64,000 bases of DNA, taken from positions 56,730,001-56,794,000 of the forward strand of contig NC_043005.1 in NCBI RefSeq assembly GCF_006345805.1, in the 5' to 3' direction. The notes below the pieces were generated by a model, which was not told the origin of the DNA, did no database searches, and saw nothing but the letters and a program-made list of their open reading frames with translations. The translations under genes were made by a program, and so were the position numbers. How positions within the stretch are numbered: the first letter of the stretch is position 1; every line of letters starts with the position of its first letter. The DNA comes from Octopus sinensis (lineage: Eukaryota). This document shows, in pieces, positions 1 through 11,689 of this stretch.

Positions 1-331
1 TTATTTACTACCCTTTATATAATGTAATAATTTGAATCGCCTTAAATGGTCCCTTTGCATACTGAATACTTGGTGAAATTGATTAATTAATTAATTTTAC
101 CCTCAATTGTTGAAATATAATTCATCTCTCTACTTTAAATGCCTCGGATTTTTACCGAAAAAAGCATAGTGTTTACTGATTTTAACCCACGCTGGTGGAA
201 AGGGAGCAGAAATTCTTCGCTTGCATATGAGTTTGTTGGCACTGTTAGTTTCGAGCAGATCTTCAGAGCGATAACAAGCCGAAAGGGTATGCTCCCACTT
301 TCAGTGTTTTCAAATCCAAACCAGGGAGTTC

Positions 332-384
332 TGAGCTGATGATAGAAGTGTCGATTTTGACTAATCTTGAAACGTACGTTCTCA
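332..384 (+). ncRNA. Type I hammerhead ribozyme, repeat unit 1
   Basis: tgag-CTGATGA-[t aga agt gtc gatttt gac taa tct t]-GAAA-CGTACG-T-T-ctca. Stem I tgag/ctca, canonical core, stem II with an internal loop, palindromic stem III ACGTACGT, GUU cleavage triplet. Confidence 0.8.
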
Positions 385-879
385 AATAACCTTTGCATTT
401 GATTTTTAATGTCTCTACCCCCATACTTTCGTGAGTTGAATTGAGCAGACACTATATGAGAGAGGTTTTCTTTAAGTATTGGAAATAGTTTTAAAAAAGT
501 TTTTTTAGCTGCTATTTCTAATGAGTTCAGTATACGGCAAAGTAATTTATTTTACTAACCCTTTATATAATGTAATTTGAATTCGCCTAAATGGTCCCTT
601 TGCTACTGAATACTTGGTGAAATTGATTAATTAATTAATTTTACCCTCAATTGTTGAAATTATAATTCATCTCTCTCTATTTAAATGCCTCGGATTTTAC
701 CGAAAAAAACATAGTGTTTACTGATTTTAACCCACGCTGGTGGAAAGGGGAGAGCAGAAATTCTTCGCTTGCATATTTATTTTTGGCAGTGTTAGTTTCG
801 AGCAGATCTTCAGAAGCGATAACAAGCCGAAAGGGTATGCTCCCACTTTCAGTGTTTTCAAATCCAAACCAGGGAGTTC

Positions 880-932
880 TGAGCTGATGATAGAAGTGTC
901 GATTTTGACTAATCTTGAAACGTACGTTCTCA
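880..932 (+). ncRNA. Type I hammerhead ribozyme, repeat unit 2
   Basis: Identical motif to 332-384 (CTGATGA 884-890, GAAA 917-920). Confidence 0.8.
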
Positions 933-1215
933 AATAACCTTGCATTTGGATTTTTTAATGTCTCTACCCCCATACTTTCGTGAGTTTGAATTGAGCAGAC
1001 CCTATATGAGAGAGGTTTTCTTTAAGTATTGGAAATAGTTTTAAAAAGTTTTTTTAGCTGCTATTTCTAATGAGTTCAGTATGCGGCAAAGTAATTTATT
1101 TTACTAAGCCCTTTTATTAATGTAATAATTTGAATTCGCCTTAAATGGTCCCTTTGCATACTGAATACTTGGTGAATTGATTAATTAATTAATTTTCCCT
1201 CAATTGTTTGAAATT

Positions 1216-1398
1216 ATATATATAGATATATATATTATTATATATATACATTATATATATATATAACATATATATACATATATACTACATATATATATAT
1301 ATATGTATACATATATATATATATGTATACATATATATACATATATACATACATATATATATATACATATATATATACAATATATCAATATATATATA
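1216..1398. repeat. (TA)n/(TACA)n microsatellite
   Basis: Direct reading. Confidence 0.95.
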
Positions 1399-1499
1399 TG
1401 GTGGTGAAGCACGACCCTCGAACTTTAGTCTCACCAAGGAAATGACTAGAGACCGAGACCTTTAAGTATGCTGTGCTTGAGAAGACCGGCCAGAGACAA

Positions 1500-2033
1500 G
1501 TGAGACCATAACCCATGGCCTCAGTCCACTTATGCATACCTTTCCTTCTTGGGACACAAACTCTACTTGTGATAACTGTTGGGGCAAGTGAAAATCAAAT
1601 CAAAATCAAAAGTCAAAAATCAAAATCGATCAACATGAATGGAAATTGTAGCTGTGATACCAGTGCTGGTGGCACATAAGAGACCATCGAACGTGCCCGT
1701 TGCCAGCGCCGCCCTGACTGGCTTCCATGCCGGTGGCACGTAAAATCCCCATCCAATCGTGGCCGTTGCCAGCCTCGCATGGCCTCCGTGCCGGTGGCAC
1801 GTAAAAAGCACCATCCGATCGTGGCCGTTTGCCAGCCTCGTGTGGCACCTGAGCCAGTGGCACGTAAAAAGCACCCACTACACTCATGGAGTGGTTGGCG
1901 TTAGGAAGGGCATCCAGCCGTAGAAACATTCCAGATCAGACTGGGCCTGGTGCAGCCTTCTGGCTTCCCAGACCCCAGTTGCAACCGTCCAACCCATGCC
2001 AGCATGGAAAACGGACGCTAAACGATGATGATG

Positions 2034-2036
<3 letters not shown>
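1500..2036 (+). mobile_element. RTE-LINE 3' tail / RTE-derived SINE-like repeat with (GAT)n tail
   Basis: Internal gccggtggcacgtaaaaagcacc subrepeats and a ...ccagcatggaaaacggacgctaaacgatgatgat tail; the same family lies directly 3' of RTE coding sequence at 15760-16800. Confidence 0.75.
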
Positions 2037-2114
<78 letters not shown>

Positions 2115-2728
2115 TATTAATATATATATATATACATATATATACATATATATATATATACATATATATACATATATATTATATATATATAACACACACA
2201 CACACACACCACAACACACATATATATATATATATATATATAAAGGAAATGAAAGAAATGCTGACAAAATAATTTAAGTAATTAAGTAATTTAAGTTAGG
2301 TGAGTTCTTTTTACGGTTGCGCATTTGTTATGCTTATCAAAAGATATGTTTAAGAGAGATAAGTTCCTTCTAATAGATTTTTTTTCCTCTTATCTGTATA
2401 TACATATATAACAATATATATACATACATATATATGTAATATATATATACACACACCACCATATATATGCATAGTGTATATATATATACGTATATATAAT
2501 ACCTACATATATATATATATATAATATATATATATATAGATATATACAACTAGATATATATGCTATATGTATATGTATATATATATATATATTATCTATT
2601 AGAGTATATATAATGCATATATAATATATATATATATCATATATATATGCATATATATATATATATAATATATAATATGCATATATATATATAAAATATA
2701 TATATATATATGCATATATTATATATGC

Positions 2729-2767
<39 letters not shown>

Positions 2768-2780
2768 TTATATATATTAT
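2037..2780. repeat. Long imperfect (TA)n tracts with a short unique spacer
   Basis: Direct reading; noisy pattern. Confidence 0.9.
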
Positions 2781-3765
2781 ATTTAATTGTTTTTATGTCT
2801 AGTTTCGGCACACAAGCTGTACTGGGGCACCGCTCTTTGATGTTGCTACATAATTTTAATTCACAAATGCTTTTTAGGAATTGACAGTTTGATGTAGCTG
2901 CCCTCATCTGCACCTCCTGCCACAAAGTTGGTTCATCTGGGACACTTGACAGTAAGAGGTCCAGCCTTATTTTGAAGACACCAAGATCCACCCCATGCAG
3001 GTTTCTCAGGTCCTTCAAGAGGATATTGAAGAGCCATGGACCTTTGAAGCCCAGGCTATTGCAGTATCTTGCCCCTATATCTTGATAGCAAATTTGGAGT
3101 CCTTGGCACTATGCAGTGGCGCCCAGTTCTAGTATTTGTGTAACTCTCGATGCCAAAATTTGGGACAAGTCCTTCCAGGATCTTCCAGATGTATATTATG
3201 GCATATCTTTCTTGCCTACACTCTAAAGAAAAGAGTCTTAATCTTTTGTGTCTTTCCCAATAGCTTATATGCTGCATAGAGGTTATCTTCTTCATGTAGC
3301 TTCATTGGATTGCCTCAAGTTGAGATTAATTTGACACTTGTTGGTGACCATAGGTGGGAGCAATAGTCAAAGTGGCTTAGGACAAGTGTCCTCCACAGCA
3401 CCATTATGGTTTCCTGATCTCTTGTTCTGAAATTCTAAGAATTCATCCGGTCAGCTACCTACATTTCATAGCCAGTTTAGCAACATGCACATGAAAGGTT
3501 ACTTCATTACTCATGTAAATGCCCAGGTCTCGCACTGACTGTGCCTCTGGGATTGCAGTCCCTCCAGGTCCAGTGTATTTAATGGGTATTGCATTTAGTT
3601 TTGCAAGGAAGCTCTGAGAGAGGGACTTGCTTACATACTTTTAGAAGGATTACTGGGAATCCATCAGGGCCAGTAGCTGAGTTTGGGTTCGTTTCATCTA
3701 TAGCCCTTATTACATCGTCTTCCTTTATATTGATGTAATCAATCATCATTGCCTCTGTTTTTATA
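2781..3765 (-). mobile_element. 3' end of a CR1/L2-group (Crack/Daphne-like) LINE ORF2, degenerate
   Basis: ORF 3056-3295: SYWERHKRLRLFSLECRQERYAIIYIWKILEGLVPN is a typical post-RT C-terminus; the element ends at the (TA)n tract. Confidence 0.75.
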
Positions 3766-3829
3766 TCTGCAGTGTGTATATGTGTGTGTGTGTGTATGTT
3801 TGTGTGTATGTGTGAGTATATATATAAGG

Positions 3830-5379
3830 AACAACTATATAATGGCTACCGTCCCAGCCACCGCATTCATTTTTTAGACCCAATATGCAAACACAGAGAC
3901 ACAAGATAGCACCAAACAGGCAGGAGGAACCAAAAGTGATAAAAATTATTAATCTAACTCACAATGAACTAATAGCAAACCAAATAAATATACTCTCCAA
4001 AGGACTCAAGTTTACACCCACCCCACAACACCCCAACTACAATGAAATGAAAGAAGACATCGCAGAATTCTGTAGAAAATTACGACTTACTGAGGAGCTA
4101 TATGACAAATTCAACGAGGACGAATCGTTGGTCAGAAATAGGAGTATCTACACCCCCTCAAAAGGTAAGAACAAAACACTTAATCGTTTCTGTGAACACA
4201 TCTCGAATTACCCATATCAACACATGCACAAACAAAAACCCAAACCAAACTTCAGCAAAAAAGGATGGGCTGAGCTGAACAAATTAAAAAATGACAAAGC
4301 AATAACAATCAAAGAGGCCGATAAAGGGAGTACAGTTGTTTTAATGGACACGACATTTTACATAACTTTAGTACTATCTATGTTGGAAGACACAACATAT
4401 TATGGAAAGGCACAAAACTACAGTCAACAAAAAATAATGAGGGATCTAAAATCCATGTTAACCCCATACAAAGAAGGGCTCACCGACAAAGAATATGACT
4501 ATATGACCAATTTCACAAGTAAAACCAGTCAATTCTACGGTATTCCCAAGATACACAAAAGTGAGAAAATAAGTAATGCATGCAAGATAACCAGACAAAA
4601 TAATTAAAGTCCCTAATCCTAATGACCTCAAATTGAGACCTACAATAGCAGGTCCCGCATGCGAAACCCACCGCCTGAGTAACTTTTTAGATACCCTCTT
4701 AAAACCACTCCTCAAACATGTCAAAAGCTATATAAGGGACGACCTGGATATGCTCAATCACCTACCTAATACTATAAACAAAAACACCCTACTAGTATCC
4801 TTCGATGTAGTCAACCTCTATTCCAATATCCCCCACAACCTAGGAATAGAGGCAATTCAATTCTGGCTAGAGAATCACGCCAACGAACTCCCACATCGCA
4901 TCAAAAAAGAATTCGTGATAGAAGGGGTTAAATTCATCCTGGAAAATAACTACTTCGCCTTCAAAGACAACTTCTACCGACAAAAATCGGGGACTGCGAT
5001 GGGTACGCGAATGGCCCCCTCCTTTGCCAACCTAGTCATGGGATATCTAGAAATCAGTCTGTATCGTAAGGTTCTAGAAAGATATGGCAGCCCTTTTTCC
5101 CTCTACATAGAAAACAACTGGAAGAGATACCTAGATGACTGTTTCATCCTTTGGCATGAAAATATTGAGAAACTCAAAGAATTCCAAGCAATTTTAAATG
5201 GACTGGACGTAAACATCCAATTCACGATGGAATTTAGCCAGCAACAACTCCCCTTCCTCGGCATCCTCATTAAGAAATCTAATAATGTAATAGAAACAGA
5301 TATATGCTACAAGCCTACGGATTATAAGCAATATCTTCCTTTCAATTCATGCCACCCCAGAATGAATATTCCCTTCAAT
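3830..5379 (+). mobile_element. Penelope-like element reverse transcriptase, frameshifted near 4600, endonuclease missing
   Basis: LSKGLKFTPTP, KEADKGS, FYGIPKIHK, RPTIAG, LVSFDVVNLYSNIP, GTAMGT..APSFANL, WKRYLDD, YKPTD..YL.F.SCHP in ORFs 3885-4607 and 4633-5790. Confidence 0.92.
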
Positions 5380-5774
5380 CTTCGTCGAGATTTTCAATGG
5401 GTTTTCGTCATCGCTGACATCCCGCATCCTATTCTCGGCGCTGATTTCTTGGATAGGTTTAATCTATTGGTGGATGTCAGGCGTCGGAGGCTTCTTGACA
5501 GCACGACGTCGCTCTCTACGCCGACTAGGAGTTCCACCAATGCGGTCCTTAGCCCGACATTCTTTGTTGCCACCTCTGGAGACGCTTTTCACTCTCTTTT
5601 GGCTTCATTTCCGGAGCTAGTGGACATTGCCTTTCAACCGGAAAAGCCTACCCACTCGACCCTTCATTTTATCACCACCACTGGGCCGCCTGTATTGTCG
5701 CGCTCACGGCGCCTTGCGCCTGACCGTCTAAAAGCGGCTAGGGCCGAGTTTGAGCACATGCTCCAACTTGGCCT
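5380..5774 (+). mobile_element. Gypsy pol fragment (end of protease region to start of RT), fused in frame to the PLE RT
   Basis: LRRDFQWVFVIADIPHPILGADFL...HFITTTGPPV.SR.RRLAPDRLKAARAEFEHMLQLG; GC content rises at ~5383. Confidence 0.88.
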
Positions 5775-5922
5775 TATGAAACAATTATGAGCTATTCCAT
5801 TATACTCTTTATCATAAAAAATTCTTTTTGATAAGGTTCGTTATTTCAAGAACCGAAACATGTAAAAATTAAAATTTATCTAATATAGTGGCATTTTCAA
5901 ACTTCTTTTTTACAAATATATA
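5775..5922. repeat. Direct repeat A (~148 bp, pLTR-like), partner at 7506-7653
   Basis: tatgaaacaattatga...ttacaaatatata is near-identical at both positions. Confidence 0.92.
5825..5867 (+). ncRNA. Minimal hammerhead-like motif, U3-A8 variant
   Basis: ttt-TTGATAA-ggttc[gttatttcaa]gaacc-GAAA-CATG-T-A-aaa. Perfect 5-bp stem II and palindromic ACATGT stem III, but stem I is weak and A-U only. Confidence 0.5.
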
Positions 5923-6311
5923 TATATATATATATATACATATGTATCCACACATATACAAATCCAATAGTGACCACAATATGTTTAGTACATTGACTCG
6001 TACTATGTACATAACTATGTACTAAAAGCCAAAAATCAATAAATATCAATATACATAAATATAAAGATAAATTTACACACAAGTACCAGTATATAAAAAA
6101 TACAAATATGTACACACAAAAAACACTTATATCAAAATATATAAATACACAAACATTCATATACAAATACATATATTATGCACTTATACATAGATATACA
6201 AAAAATAATATGCCCATAACCCTTTACAATTTTGTATTTCTAAATATAATAAAGTAAAAAAGCTCTTAACAACTATTTATATCTATTTTAAAGGGTATTT
6301 AGAAATAAGTA

Positions 6312-6851
6312 TTATTTGTATCTAGAGAAAGTATACGCCAGTCTATGAAGGCATGAAACATTTCGTTCCTTAAAATTGTTAATAATTGGTAAATTAGCCC
6401 TAATTATAAAGAAAATCTCATTAATGCATAATGAGCATTTTCTATTCCTATTATTATACGCTGGTGCAGATATAAGTATTTTCCATTGCAAATTATAATT
6501 GATATTTTTGCCCTTAAGCTCCCATATATATGCACCTAACCCTGTAGAATTAATCCTATTCCTATCTTTAAAAGTATATCTGTGATAATTAAGTCTCTGT
6601 TTCAAATTATTCTTAGTAGCCCCAATATATACTCTATTATCATATTGTGTACTTACTATGCATTGGTATACTACCTCCTTTTTCAAACAGTCATTATTGA
6701 AGACACAATTTTCCTTAATTCTACAATTGCACCTATTATCTTGCTGTAATTGCTTTACTTTATTATGATTACTTGCTGCTGTATTCTTATCAATATTATG
6801 ATTATTAATATTACTATCATTATTACTTATTATTCCCATATGCATCGGCAT
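6312..6851 (-). mobile_element. PLE-type GIY-YIG endonuclease ORF (179 aa) with no adjacent RT
   Basis: CNCR..ENC.FNNDCL..EVVYQCIV....VYIGAT...KQRLNYH...STGL..YIWELK...LQWKIL...CSLCINE. Confidence 0.85.
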
Positions 6852-7505
6852 ATTATTATTGATAATATTGCTCTCGTTATATTTTACGTTATTATTATTA
6901 TTATTATTACATACAGAGTTGTATATACATATATATGTATGTAGATATGTGTTTTTGTTTGTATATTTGTTGACAGTACATGATGGTTTTCTCGTCCACT
7001 TTCATGTGTGCATGCTTGTGTATGTGCGATTGGATGCATAAATATATTTGTATGTGTTCCATTAAATGCAAGTTTGCGTTGTCCACTGTATACTTTTTTG
7101 TGGAAGTGTGCGTGGATGTGTATGTGTGTGTAGGTGCAATTCGGGGGTGTTGGGTGAGATAGAGGATATGGTTGTTTATGTTTACGTAGTGCGTAGCTAT
7201 ATGTAGGTTTGCCTTGTCCATCGTTTACTTTTTGGTGCAGGAGTTCATTAAGTTGACCAAAATTACGACAACCAAGAATCACTACTGTTGCTCCCATCGG
7301 AACACAAGGTAAAATCTATAATGAACTCCTGCACTACACTTGACAAAACAGTGAGGAACGACTTACAGCTTATAATATATTTTTCGCCTTTTCAAGAACA
7401 TGGATTCTATTGAATGTATATAGCATGGACTCTATTGAATGTATGTAACAATTATGAACTGTTCCATTATACTTTTTATGTATATAGCATGGACTCTATT
7501 GAATG

Positions 7506-7653
7506 TATGAAACAATTATGAACTATTCCATTATACTCTTTATTATAAAAAAATTCTTTTTGATAAGGTTCGTTATTTCAAGAACCGAAACATGTAAATT
7601 TAAAATTTATCTAATATAGTGGCATTTTCAAACTTCTTTTTTACAAATATATA
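7506..7653. repeat. Direct repeat B (~148 bp), preceded by short tandem subrepeats (7400-7505)
   Basis: Matches 5775-5922. Confidence 0.92.
7557..7599 (+). ncRNA. Minimal hammerhead-like motif, U3-A8 variant (repeat B)
   Basis: TTGATAA 7560-7566, ggttc/gaacc stem II, GAAA 7587-7590, ACATGT stem III. Confidence 0.5.
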
Positions 7654-7675
7654 CCCACTCGTATACGATCTAATA

Positions 7676-7758
<83 letters not shown>

Positions 7759-7762
7759 TATA

Positions 7763-9665
7763 TTTCATGTGGGTTTAAAGGACACCTCTAAAAAGGACGG
7801 TCCACTCATCCTCTCTGCTGAAGTATTATCTGCTTTCGAGTCCATCAAGAAGGAATTAGTTTCTGTCCCGTTGCTAGCACATCCGATTCCCGATGCTTCA
7901 CTCTCGTTAACAGTGGATGCATCGGACACTGCGGTCGGCGCGGTACTGCAACACACAGTGGACGATCAGACTCGACCTCTAGCTTTCTTCTCTCGCCAGT
8001 TACAACTGGCTGAGCTGCGGTACAGCACTTTTGATCGCAAACTCTTGACGATCTACCTGTCAATTCGTCGTTTTCAACATCAACTCGAAGGGCGAGATTT
8101 TGTGATCTATACTGATCACACGCCTCTTACGTTTGCCCTATCGTCTAAGACGGACAAACTCTTGCCTCGTGCTTTCCGTCACCTGGATTTTATTTCACAA
8201 TTTACCAGTGACATTCGTCACATACCTGGAAAAGAGAACGTTCCTGTTGACGCTCTTTCTCGTCTTCCAGTCTGTTCCCTTTCATCACCTGCTGAAATCA
8301 ACTTGACTACCATTTCGCAGGACCAACCAGCCCTGGCGACGTTAGATTTAACTTCGCCAAGGTTTTCTTGTTGCCAATTTGCATATTTTCCGCTTCCATC
8401 GGCTGAAGGAACTATTCTTTATGATACTTCTACTGGTTCTCCCAGGCCACTGGTGCCTGAGAATCACCAACGCTCAGTGTTTGAGGCCCTGCACTCCTTG
8501 TCGCATCCGGGCATCGCTGCCACACTTAAGCTTATCACTGCTCGGTTTTTCTGGCCGAATATGCGTCGCACAATTACGTCTTGGACACGTAGTTGCTCCC
8601 AGTGCCAACGCTCCAAGGTCCAGCGACACATTCGTGCTCCGCTTGGACAGTTTTCTCCTCTGGAGGCCCGTTTTCGCCTTGTCCACATTGACTTGGTTGG
8701 ACCATGGCCTGTGAGTCGCGGGTTCTCTTACATCTTGACTTGTATCTATCGTTTCTCCCGTTGGCCGGAAGCCATTCCTATAGCAGACATTTCTGCTGAA
8801 TCTGTTGCTCAAGCTTTTGTCTCTAACTGGATTTCCCGTTTCGGAGTTCCGTCCAGTTTAACTACTGATCGTGGACGCCAGTTTGAAGCTTCCTTATTTC
8901 GTGAATTGTCACGTATTCTAGGTGTGCATCATATTCGCACGATCAGTTACCATCCAGCTTCCAATGGGAAGGTCAAACGGTTTCATAGGCAGCTCAAGGC
9001 CGCTCTTCGTGCCTCTCCAGATCCGCAGTCCTGGACTGAATTTCTGCCCATTGTGTTTCTTGGTTGTCGTACTGCTGTCATAGCAGACTTGGGTTTTTCC
9101 TCTGCAGAGCTATTGTATGGTACCACACTAGCGTTGCCTGGTACGTTGTTGGTACCAGACATTTCACGGCTTAATGATCCGGCGTCATACGTCGCCAGAC
9201 TTCGCACCTATTTTTCTAATCTTCCTCCCATGGGTTCCCGGGACCAATCTTCACCCTCTAATGTCCCGTCAGATATTGATTCTTGGTCGCATGTTTTTAT
9301 TCAAGATGACTATGTCAAGGGACCTCTTGTTTCTCCTTACAGAGGACCTTTTCGTGTGCTTTCTCGCACACCCAAAGTTTTTAACAATCGATGTGAATGG
9401 TCGCTCGGAGACCGTTTCTGTAGATAGACTTAAACGAGCATATTCTGAGGTGTCCACATCTTTCGATGACACCGCTGCCACGCCCACCTTTGAACCTACA
9501 CGTGCACCTTTGTCAACACCATCACTTACACATGCACCTCTGACAACACCAGCACCTACAACACCACCTTCGTTGTCGCAACCTGCCTCGATCAAATCCT
9601 ATGTTACCAGGACTGGCCGAACTGTTCACTGGCCTAAGAAACTTGCAAAGACTATTTACATTTGA
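7763..9665 (+). mobile_element. Gypsy pol 3' half: RNase H + integrase, inactivated
   Basis: [16 protein letters not shown] (E>K relative to the usual RELL), TDHTPL, HHCC zinc finger (H..SHPG...CSQC), [23 protein letters not shown] (catalytic E>K), frameshift near 9390. Confidence 0.93.
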
Positions 9666-10095
9666 CATTTTCTATTGTGAGTACAAACAATGGTGTATTC
9701 GTGACTGTCATTGCGTGATATTCTCTCAGAGAGGGATAAAGTATTGTACAAACGCTACAGAGCTCCCTTATCAGACAAAACGACAATTATAAAGTAAATG
9801 GGCATAACTGTAGCGAAAAGGTGAAATTAGAACGCTTGGACAATTAGACATGGCGGTCGTGCATACATAATGTGTACGTGTGTACACATTATATTCTCTT
9901 GTGTATTGGACATTTCAATGTTTTGTTATTGAACATTTCTTGAAGAAAATTTTTGTTTTTCTTTTGCATGCTCATTTATATTGTAATTACAATTTTTCTT
10001 GAGTTGTCATATTTTGTGCCTCATCTGTGGTAGATCGGTAGCTATCTTGTTTCTGGTGCCACTACAATCTTTATATTCTCGTGCTCCGCACTCAA

Positions 10096-10382
10096 TGGGG
10101 AGCCTTGTAGTGACGCCATTTTGGGATGTTCATCTGCGCATGTGCAATGTTTGGTGTCTTCCGGTAGGCCTGCTGGGAGCCCCCTTATGCGCACGCGCAG
10201 TAATCAGCAGTAGTTAGCTTTTCCCGCTACTCGATCTCAAGACGGTCGACGAATTAAGACGTGACCCGACAAGGCGCCGAGCGGAGGCGAACCAGACTCG
10301 GCGGGCGGTGAAGACTGTTTCAACCATGGAGATTTAATCCAACTCTTCTGTTTCCTATCCTATCCCTGGCGTTCACGCTACC
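10096..10382 (+). mobile_element. Polypurine tract and probable Gypsy 3' LTR
   Basis: tggggagcct followed by TGTAGTGACG at 10106; imperfect inverted end cgttcacgctac near 10370-10382. Confidence 0.55.
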
Positions 10383-10599
10383 GATGTTCAGCGATGAAAT
10401 ATCTCCTTCGGTGAAAAATAAACTATTATTGTTATTTGTTCAGAGATTCGTGTTCCTGCCGTTTTATTCCTTTCTACAACATTGTAGGGAAATGTGTGAA
10501 GCACCCAACAAATGCATATATCACACATAGATAGATAACAAATCCTACAGGTATTTATATTAAATTTCATTTTTCAGGGAAAAACTCGGGTCTTGTGAA

Positions 10600-11040
10600 T
10601 TTTGGAAGTCTGCCCCGCGCAATTTTTTTTTTCTTTTTCATACTCGTTTCCTACACATTTTTTTCTTACATCCGTTGCATTATTTTTTCTTTATTATGTT
10701 TACGGGTAAGCATTAACCGAATTTTGAATAACAAAAATTAAATATCACAAGGGGCATCAGAAATGATTGGATGGGGCACGGCCAAAAATCGATTGGGAAC
10801 CACTGATCTAAGCGATTATTTGCTGAAAATTTCGTTAAAAAGTAATCTAAAATGGATACTATTTAACGAAACTTTCAACAAATAATCGCTTAGATCCTGT
10901 AGATTGATGTATGTAAAGATTTGTTGGAAGATGGGGTATACATCTGTAGTAATGCCATACAATAAAATATTAATTCTTTATAAACGAACAAAGAAGAAGT
11001 GAACGCCCTTACCTTGAAAGCCATGAGAGATCGCGTGTGT
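10600..11040. repeat. Interspersed repeat with internal hairpin; inverted copy at ~40314-40700
   Basis: gatctaagcgattatttg (10805-10822) pairs with caaataatcgcttagatc (10879-10896); the whole block is reverse-complemented at 40.3-40.7 kb. Confidence 0.85.
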
Positions 11041-11072
11041 ATGTGTGTGTGTGTATTTGCGTGCGTGCGTGC

Positions 11073-11118
<46 letters not shown>

Positions 11119-11689
11119 TTCTCTGTCTTTCAAGATATGGAAAACGCAATTCGGATCTTTCATTCGCAAAATGTACCCCCTTTAATTTTGCTCAGATTGC
11201 TTTCAATTTTGGTGTATCGATGCAACTCTGAATTTTGATTACGATCAACCAATTACTTTGTCTCGTAAATTAAAGAATCTGTAAGGGTCTAGCATGACTC
11301 TGCCTGAGATTTGAAACCCAAATTCATCGGCTTGTTGCTTGTCAAAACGAGCGGGAAACCCTCCACACTAGGAGCTGTACTGGTCAAGGAAAGGTCATTC
11401 CTTTGTTTAAGGTTAACAGAGAGAATTTTCTATCTTACTCTCATGTGTCAGCTATGACCCAGGAGCAATACCGGCTGTTAGGTGTCAGCCAGACCAAGGA
11501 GCAATATCCGTTTTTGCATCAGCCTTAACCAAGAACAGCACTTCCCTTCGCTCGACATGCGAAGAGAGGCTTTCGGCCGCAAGAAAGACGATGCCGCCTC
11601 AAGTGAGAAAAGAATTTGCAAACTTACAATGCTGAGCATAATAAAAACTAACTTTGTTTTCTTTCTGGAGAAGATTCTAGCTCTTTAAT

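Larger units (their letters stand above)
1..1216. repeat. Tandem repeat, ~548-bp unit, ~2.2 copies visible (probably continues upstream of the window)
   Basis: The same sequence restarts at ~1, ~547 and ~1097 (ttatttactaccctttatataatg...). CTGATGA cores at 336 and 884 give a 548-bp period. Units differ mostly by homopolymer indels. Confidence 0.95.

Noticed and set aside
241-270. Minus-strand CTGAAGA-tctgctc-GAAA in the 548-bp unit (possible second, antisense HHR)
   Set aside because: No pairing stem II or stem I, and it differs between units.
1884-2272. ORFs reading [12 protein letters not shown] or CVCVCV here and at many other sites
   Set aside because: Translations of (TA)n/(CA)n microsatellites, not proteins.
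7619-7762. N-terminus of the 602-aa ORF
   Set aside because: Read-through of the direct repeat and (TA)n; genuine Gypsy sequence starts at ~7763.
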